Below, one piece after another: positions 55,457 through 64,000 of a stretch of DNA of 64,000 nucleotides. The notes beneath the pieces were generated by a model. That model did not search any database. It was not told the origin of the DNA and was given only the letters and a program-made list of their open reading frames with translations. The position numbers were made by a program, and so were the translations under genes. How positions within the stretch are numbered: position 1 is the first letter of the stretch; the number at the start of each line of letters is the position of its first letter. Origin of the DNA: Chrysomallon squamiferum (lineage: Eukaryota > Animalia > Mollusca); assembly GCA_012295275.1 (NCBI GenBank), contig CM022670.1, positions 9,300,001 through 9,364,000 of the forward strand, in the 5' to 3' direction.

Positions 55457-58400
55457 GTGTTAATAAATAACGGAGAACTTATTATAGGAGATAATTAATG
55501 TTGTTTCATTTTTAGCACATGATACAAGTTAGTTCCCTTGTCTGTATTAAAATAACTTTATGGTTGTGGCCGTGAATGTGCGCCATATTGCTTTTGAATT
55601 AATTTGGCGAATTTAGAGATACATAATAAGAAAATGCGCTCTTCGCTGCGATTCCATGTCTTTAGAAAATAAATAAAATAAAATAAAATAATATTAAATT
55701 AAATTAAACAAACAAACAAAACAAAACAAAACAAAAACAACAACATGAGCAAGTAAAACAAACAAAAACAATATCCACTTACAATAGCGCATACCTGGTA
55801 GGCTGTTGTAGATTTTGTCGTTGTTGTTGCAGTCAGAACATATAACGATAAAGTAACTAACATCAACATTTTCCATTTTACCGTGACCACATATCGTACA
55901 TAGAAATCATAAAACAGTGAATTATTGCTATGTTGTCATAGAGCCAGTCTATGACGTCATAACAAAAGTATAAAAAAGTAATGCTGGTTGAGTATTTATT
56001 TTGTTATATTTTATAACCGTACTGACAAAGACTGCACAAGTCATTTAAAATACTATAAAATAGATAAATAAATATAATTATAATGGACGAAGGGTTTTTT
56101 AATAACTAAGTAAGTACATGTAAGATAGTTCCCTTACAAAAAAATAACGAAATGCAGTAAGAAGTAATAAATAAATAAAAAAAAATACATAAATAAAAGG
56201 AAACAAAATTACTCGCAGCTAAAAACCAAATACATACATACATACACATACATATATACATACATAATACATACATATATATTGCATTCACTATTAAACG
56301 ACTAAATAAGTAAATAAGTAAAACAATAACAACAAACAGCAGCAGCAACAGCAGAAACAACAACAACAACAACAAAAATAACAATAATAATTATAACAAC
56401 CACTAACAACCACAGTGAGGAGGAAGTACAAAAAAGCATTTGATGATTGTTTTAACAGATAAACGTGGACAGTCAAATGATTTGTATTATGCTGGCTGTA
56501 ACCTGATAGTGTGCACAGAGAAGTGACAGTACCTCCCGCTGTGATATGCCAATAATAATAATAATAATAATCAGTACGAAGGGTAATCAGGTATCCTTAA
56601 TGCATTCTGCAAACACTCCCTTTTTGATGACTAATACTTGTTTGTTTGATTTATTTCTGTGAGCTGTCACTTTCAGTCTACGCACAGGATGAACATGTCA
56701 GCAACAAGGACGTTGTTGATGATAACACCGAGACCGTCTACGTCACTGGTATACTGCATGTGACGTTATCTCTGTTACAGACGTAGATGATAAAAAGCTT
56801 TCAGTAATGAACATGGAAATGCGTTGCAAAAATAATATTATTATGAAATGAAATAATAATTAATCATTATTATAATTATATTATTCAGTTTCTACAACCA
56901 CTACTACACTACTGCTACTGTCACTATAATTACTACTACAATAACTGCTGCTGCAATAAAAACACTACTAATACTAACACTATTAATAACAGTAATAAAT
57001 CCCTCGTGTCGCTTTTTAAACAAAATACTGTAGAAAGGGAGACTACTACGAATGGCTTGTCTCCGTTATTTTAAGCCTTAATTGTAATCTCGTTCATTTA
57101 TCGAAAATTAATGTTTTAGCGTCAGATTTTAAACTTAATCAATATTTTTGTTTAAACTTTTGAATAGCTGAGAAAAAGGTTATAATAAATGTTACAGTTT
57201 ATATTCTAATTTATTTATTTATTTTTTTTTTAAAATAACAATTCTCTTCTCGTTCATTTTTACGATGAATTCAAATTCAGCCGCGTTGTTTAGTGATTTG
57301 TACTTTTGTTATTTAATACTCTGCTGGATTTATCTAAGTTTTGAAAATAAATGAGTCTTTGTATTTATATTATTAGCAATTAACTCCCTAAGGCTTTTTT
57401 TTCTTTCTTTATTTTTTAATTTTTTTTTTTTCTGGACATACCACTCAGGCAAGAGATATAAAATTTGTTTTGTTATGAATTAAGACCAAAAATATATACA
57501 TCCCAAAGTAATATATTTACCGAATTCGATACAGTTATAAAAATAAATGTAATATACATTCAGCTGCCGTACACAGTCTTGAGATATAATTAATAAACAA
57601 CTCATTCGTGACAACAACGTTCGATGGTAATGATGAGGCTATTGACCGACATCTTTTGTCTACAGTTCATCTATTACCGGCACGAACATAATGTCGTACA
57701 CGGGTTAATGTGAAGAAGTATTGACAGAGCTCGCTATTACAAGAAACATTACTTCACAGTGATGACTCTGCATGACAGGCTTTGTGTTTGATCAGTCACA
57801 GTGGTACTTGTACATCAATAACTTTTCCTAAATATTCTTTAAAAATAAAAAAACAATAGTAACAATCAAAAAAAAAAAAAATAATAATAATAATAATAAT
57901 TAAATTAAAAATTAAAAAAGAAAAATAGTCAAATAATCTCATAGAATAGAATAGGATAAAATAAAATAAAATTAAAATTAAAATTAACATTAAAATTGGA
58001 TAAGAATACAAATATTTAAAAGCGTTGTTCTTGGTTATTCCTTCGTATAAAAGATTTTCGGAGTCATTTTATACCAACAAAGCAAAGGGTAATCGCAAAA
58101 TAAGTCGTTGTACGTCTGCTGTAGGGCAGTTTCGAAATAGGTCATAATTATATAAGTTAACTGTGAACAAGGCCATCCCTATAGTTTCCGCTTCACCGAG
58201 CGAAAGAAGCTATTTTCATTTACCTTCTGACTCTGTATTGGTTTCTATTTTTGTCTGCGATGTGCACCTTTTCTCTTCTTTCTTTTTTAGTGTAATAACA
58301 GCGCTTCATCAAGATACCCTACTGTACATGACTGCATGTATATTTAGTCACCGTGTCAAGTGTAAACCGCACCTTTTACAAACCTGCTTGAATGGACGAA

Positions 58401-58859
58401 TTCAATGAGAAAATATCAAGGAAATAAAATTGTTATGAGTAATACGGGGGACCAGGAAGACAGAGCTCACGCCCCACGTTACAGTCGTGCAACTGATGCG
58501 TGGATTGTGTCTTTTGTTTGGTCACCTCGGAGTCGAGATGACATTATGAATCAGAATATATGCAGGCCTGGTTGTTTCTGAATATATTTCATGACTAGAC
58601 AAAATTCGTTACACCAAAGGTGGTGGTCGCCCTTTCAGCAGTTAAAAAGTCATTAGTGCCACCAATAATACCTGTGGTTTGCTTGTAGAAACAATTGACT
58701 TTTTTCTGTTGATGTAAAAATCAGTCGGATCTACATTATTCAAGGTTAATATGGTTTCATAAAAAATAACCATACATACATGCATACTACATATATATAT
58801 ATATATATGCATGTATGTATGTGTGTATGTTTTGTATGTGTGTGTGTGTGTGTTTGCGG

Positions 58860-59005
<146 letters not shown>

Positions 59006-60284
59006 ATTGTACAAGAGCTAAATAGCTTTTTGAATTTTATTTATAAATTTTACTCAGGTCAACGCTTTGACATAAGACGCTGTATTTTGTTGTTAGCATC
59101 CACCCTTTGATAATAATCAAGTATGATGTAATACATGATGCCTGAAAGCACCCATTTCCTTCTTATTCGTCTTCTTTTTTAATTTCATTTTCTTCCTTCC
59201 TTGCTTTATTTAGTTTCTTTTTATTGACATCATTTAGTTTCTTTCTTTCTTCCTTCTTTTCTTTCTTTAATTTCTCTTTACTGACGTCATAATGCTGTGA
59301 GACACACAAACCTTCTGTTGTAATATCACACCCTCGGTGCGCAATATTCAACATCGTTAAATAAAAGAACGCTTGTTACAAAAAACGTCCTTGAACAATG
59401 TTCATGTGACTGACTCCGAAACACTACAATATAGAAATAAATAAACGACGGGTATCAAGTTTTAGAACTTGTTTATTTTGTAAAAGAAAATAGATTAAAA
59501 TACGATTTTCCCTGACCGCCCATCACGTTTTTTTTTTGAGTTCATGTTCTCGTCTGACGTTTCGATTTCACATTGCAAGATAAGCTAGCTAATTGTTAAC
59601 AGACTTAAAAGCTGAAAATGACGATTTAATGTGATCGGCTTTAAAACTGCAAGGGGTGATCTTTATTTCTTTTGCAGAATCTGATATTTTAACAAACAGA
59701 TTGCTAAGATTTCTGGATGTTGATCAGGCCACCTTTTTCAGTCTGTCGACATTTTGGTATATTTACGAAATGACGTAACCAACAATTTCAAATGTTTTTA
59801 GCTTTCAAATGTAGCAACTTGAAAAGCATGAACTTAAAACAATAACAAAAAACAAATAAATCTATAGTTAACAATGAATATACGGTGATATCATTTGCAT
59901 CAGTGACAATAAATTATGTATTCTGACATATTTGGGTGATCATTATTATGCATTTCCCATTCCAAACTGTTGTTCAAAACTAACGATCAGTTCACATTTT
60001 TCCCCTGATAAGACCAGAAAAAAAAAAAAAGAATAAATTAAATCAAGAAGAAAATGTCTGCTAATAAATAACCAGGTGTCCCCTGATAGTATGTCTGACG
60101 CCTGACAGACACTACATCAGATTGGGGATTTCTGTTGTGTTGTGAAAAATACGATACTTTATTTCACTCTCAGATGAAACATTATGTTTCAGCTGTAAAA
60201 CAACAGCAATATCAGTGTTCGTTTTGGAACAGTAGTAGTCAACTGAAATAAACATATATAAATACTAATGTACATACCTATGCA

Positions 60285-60323
<39 letters not shown>

Positions 60324-61216
60324 ACGCACAAATACATACATACAAACCTACACACAATCATACATACAGAAAAAAAAAAAAAAAAAACATAAAAAAAAAC
60401 GCAGACATAAAACACCCGGACATAAAAAAAAACTTGAATGTGATTTATTAATAAGGTTCAGAACGCATATAAAAATAACTATTAGTCATGCAGCAATTGT
60501 ACAATACAACTTTGTATCTTGCCTGTCACGACAATATTAAGCGATGCAAGACGGAGGCAGAGAAGGAAGAGAAACTGTCAAAACCTTTTAAAAAGTTTTA
60601 TCCTTAAGCTATGTTCAAACATTTGTTTGTAACGTAAAGGAATTCACGAAGCCTTTTATTACGTCCTGTGCAGGTGAAGTCATATCAAACGTTCCTTGTT
60701 TACAGCGGTAATAAATAACCGCAGAACGTGCATGTCCACTCGAAAACGTAGACAGAATATGTGGATTTATTCTAGACGTAACCTGAGATAACGGCAATGT
60801 CTTACGATCTCGCTTTGTCCAGAACAACACGCGTGACAGAGAGTATTTCATGACCACAGTAGTGTTTTTAAACTCTACACACAGACAGCGTTTTTAAAAC
60901 TCCACGTCTAGAATTTCCAGTAAGGGAGTGTACGACGTTCTGTCTACGTCAGCTTGTTGCAACTAAAAGCGAGTCAGTGAGGGGGACACTACTGAAGACC
61001 TTTGCTCTGTCACATTTTGTTTGTTATTTACGGCGTGCTCTCTCTCGCTCTCTCTCTCGCTCTCGCTCTCTTTCTCTCTGTCTCGATCGATCGATTTCCG
61101 CTCACTCTACCGTGTTCACACCTGGTGGCACGGTGTGTGTGTGTGTTTTCGTTCAACGCGGAGAAATTTGACGTTGCCTCGCTCGGAGGTTTCGTTTTCG
61201 AGCGACAAGCCTATGC

Positions 61217-61280
61217 CACGTGACAAGAGAAATTTACACGCCTGCTGCCAAACAGGGACGGTGTTTTTAGACCACGCCCC
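61217..61280 (+). promoter_or_regulatory. CpG-rich promoter region of the GRXCR-like gene with E-box and KLF/SP GC-box
   Basis: CACGTG at 61217-61222 and CCACGCCCC at 61272-61280, inside a CpG-rich stretch upstream of the ATG at 61619. Confidence 0.4.
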
Positions 61281-61618
61281 GATATTAACCACGGCGGCGG
61301 GTGATTAAAACGAACATCGGAAAAAGCTTCGTGGGGTGAGAGAGAGGAATTAAAAAACAAAACAACCAAGAACAAAACAACAACAACACTCGATTCGCTG
61401 ATACTTAGTAGGTAAATTTCTTCTATTGTTTTTTTTTTATTATTATTTTTCTATCGTCGTCGTACAATTGATTTGACTGACGATTCAGTGATGCGATTCG
61501 CTTGGACACAGACGAGCGAAATGAATGATTAATCAATTTCTTCGGCTTTATTACGACAACGCTGTAACGATCTATGTGTGTGAGTGAGAGTGAGTGAGTC
61601 TTGTTTTCTCTGTGTGCG

Positions 61619-62032
61619 ATGTCAAGGGATAGCGGGTTCTGCCAGAACAGGAGCGCGAAGGGGAAAAAAAATAACAAAAAAAATAACAACAACAACAACC
61701 ATAATAATTCCCGAGGAAGCGTGCCGCCGTGCAACGGTCTGAACGGAATCGTTCCCCACTCGTCTGCTCTGAATGGAAAAACGGATACCAAAGACGAGGT
61801 GTTCAAATCGACGCGTCTCTCCCACGACAAATATTTGCACTTTAATATTTCAAATCGCCTCGGAGAAATGAAACTGGACAACGAGGCCGAAACGTTCGCC
61901 GGACGCAGAGACGTCCGTTGTCCGTCGTCGGTGGAAGAGAGGCAGATCGTGAGTGCCCGGGGGACGGTCCGCGGTTACAGGAATCGCGTGAGGGCAGGGA
62001 TAGCTACTTTTCTGGAACCCATAAACGACAAG
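61619..62032 (+). CDS. Glutaredoxin domain-containing cysteine-rich protein (GRXCR-like), first coding exon; gene continues beyond the window
   Basis: 138 codons ending IVSARGTVRGYRNRVRAGIATFLEPINDK. GTVRG..N/Y.V.AG...F is the motif preceding the Grx domain in GRXCR1 and Drosophila CG31559/CG12206. Donor AAG|GTAAAA, phase 0. Confidence 0.8.
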
Positions 62033-62301
62033 GTAAAAAAAAAAAAAAATTTAATTTCATTTAATTTTAAATTAGTATAATTTTTATATTATATTATATT
62101 ATGTTATGTTATATTATATTATATAACTGGTGGTAGATATTTAGTATTCACACGTTTTATTTATTTTTGCAGTATTTTGTGTTGGCCATTTTGTTTCACA
62201 CTGTTTTAGACTTGCTTGTGATTTTATTTTTGGGTGTGGCTGATTGTTTATCTTAAAAGAGGAGCGGGCGTTTATGTGAATGTTTGTATGAATGTGTATT
62301 T

Positions 62302-62833
62302 TATGTATGTATGTATGTATGTATGTATGTCTGTCTGTATGTATGTATGTATGTATGTATGTATGTATGTATGTTTGTATGTATGTATGTATGTATGTAT
62401 GTATGTATGGTTGTATGTATGTATGTATGGTTGTATGTATGTATGTATTATGTATGTATGGTTGTATTATGTATGTATGTATGTATGTATGTATGTATGT
62501 ATGTATGTATGTATGTCTGTCTGTATGTATGTATGTATGTATGTATGTATGTATGTATGTATGTATGTATGTATGTATGTATGTATGTATGGTTGTATGT
62601 ATGTATGTATGTATGTATGTATGTATGTATGTATGTATGTATGTATGTATGTATGTATGTATGTATGTATGTATGTATGGTTGTATGTATGTATGTTTGT
62701 TTGTTTGTATGTATGTATGTATGTATGTATGTATGTATGGTTGTATGTATGTATGTATGTATGTATGTATGGTTGTATGTATGTATGTATGTATGTATGT
62801 ATGTATGTATGTATGTATGGTTGTATGTATGTA
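62302..62833. repeat. Long (GTAT)n tetranucleotide array with GGTT/GTCT/GTTT variant units
   Basis: Direct reading; it explains the MYVC and HTYI ORFs in the track. Confidence 0.97.
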
Positions 62834-63855
62834 TATATGTCTGAAAGAGACAGACAGACATATTCACTAAAACTAAAACATGTTCACTAAACCTTGACTG
62901 TAATCTTATTTAATCTCTTTTGTCCTTCTTCCTTAATTTATTTATAATTAGGCTACTAGCATCTGCCACTAGAGGTGAACTATGTCACGTGCAACATTTT
63001 TACTCTCTCTCTTTGCACAGAGCCTCGCGATTTATTCCTTTTGCCATTTCCTGTTTTCATCAGTTCTGTTGTCTATGACTTAACGTGAAGTAACAACAAA
63101 TTCACCTATCTCCTAACCGATTTAAACTAAAACAAAACATCAAGTGTAAGACTGTACCAGAACGAAGGAAAACGACGATATAAATAATACACTAATACAA
63201 TAAAAATCGGATGAATTTACTAACTTCATCGAACATTACTACGTTTGTCTAACGTAATATCTGTACTAATAAATGTTCACAATGATATTTAGTACGTATA
63301 AACGTATTTACGTTTTCAAAACGAATCGATAACACCGCGTGTGCCATAGATGATGTTGTATATTACCTTTTGTCCGATATAGATTTTCTAGCATCGCCAA
63401 GCCTTTGATGGTTGCATGCACCATTGTGTTGCCGTTTGTTTCAGCAAAGAATGCACCATATTGGTACATGGACATGTTCCATACAACGCTGGACATAACA
63501 GGCTAGGTCGATTATGTATATCTATTGTTATACCAGGAAAGCGTTTTCATTGTCTGACCTGTGTACACTTAAGTGTAATATTCGAGAAAGTGAAAGTATT
63601 TGTAAACAGTCACAGTCACATATAAATAGTTAATAAATTCTGCTGATTAGACGGTAATTTGTGTTCACTGAAAAAAACCTTCACCTTAAAAATAAGAAGA
63701 AAAAAATCACAACAAAATAGCTATGAAAGGTTTAAAAACAACTTAGAATGAGAACATTTTGAATCAGAAACATTCTATCCAACGACTGCTGCTACTGTCA
63801 CTACAACAACTACTGCTACTGTTACTTCTACTAATAGTACAAATATTACTATTGC

Positions 63856-63857
<2 letters not shown>

Positions 63858-63947
<90 letters not shown>
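63858..63947. repeat. (TAT)n microsatellite
   Basis: Direct reading of the sequence. Confidence 0.95.
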
Positions 63948-64000
63948 GTAGTAGTAGTAGTACTTGCATCAGCAGTAGTAACACTGGTTATCACATATTT

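Noticed and set aside
61423-61881. 152-aa antisense ORF over the GRXCR-like exon
   Set aside because: Shadow ORF of a GC-richer coding exon, with no recognisable motifs.
62234-62890. Long ORFs of 139-218 aa (MYVC and HTYI repeats)
   Set aside because: These are translations of the (GTAT)n microsatellite in the GRXCR-like intron.

Overview
AT-rich, microsatellite-dense animal genomic DNA with spliceosomal introns. Gene and repeat content suggest a lophotrochozoan, probably a gastropod mollusc (inference). Most ORFs in the supplied track are microsatellite or low-complexity artefacts. Genes reconstructed by hand: (1) a minus-strand, at least 4-exon gene (15447->2035) missed by the ORF track, encoding an orphan ~146-aa type I membrane protein (signal peptide, S/T-rich stalk, TM helix, YxxL-containing tail). 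(2) Two tandem plus-strand IAP paralogues with BIR-BIR-UBA architecture and no RING: 18044-18907 (intronless CDS) and 19894-21418 (one intron, containing a Tigger4/MER46-like MITE remnant). They sit head-to-head with gene 1 across an interval with several kB-like sites. (3) tRNA-Asn(GTT) at 24105-24178. (4) A ceramide phosphoethanolamine synthase-like CDP-alcohol phosphotransferase gene (probable non-coding exon ending at 26240, four coding exons 33876-44263, 340 aa) inside a visibly CpG-depleted domain; it is a candidate ceramide aminoethylphosphonate (CAEP) synthase. (5) The first coding exon of a GRXCR-like gene (61619-62032), continuing beyond the window. Also present are LINE fossils, a CRE-bearing MITE-like inverted repeat, SINE-like remnants and local tandem duplications. 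Family assignments come from motif recognition, not database searches.
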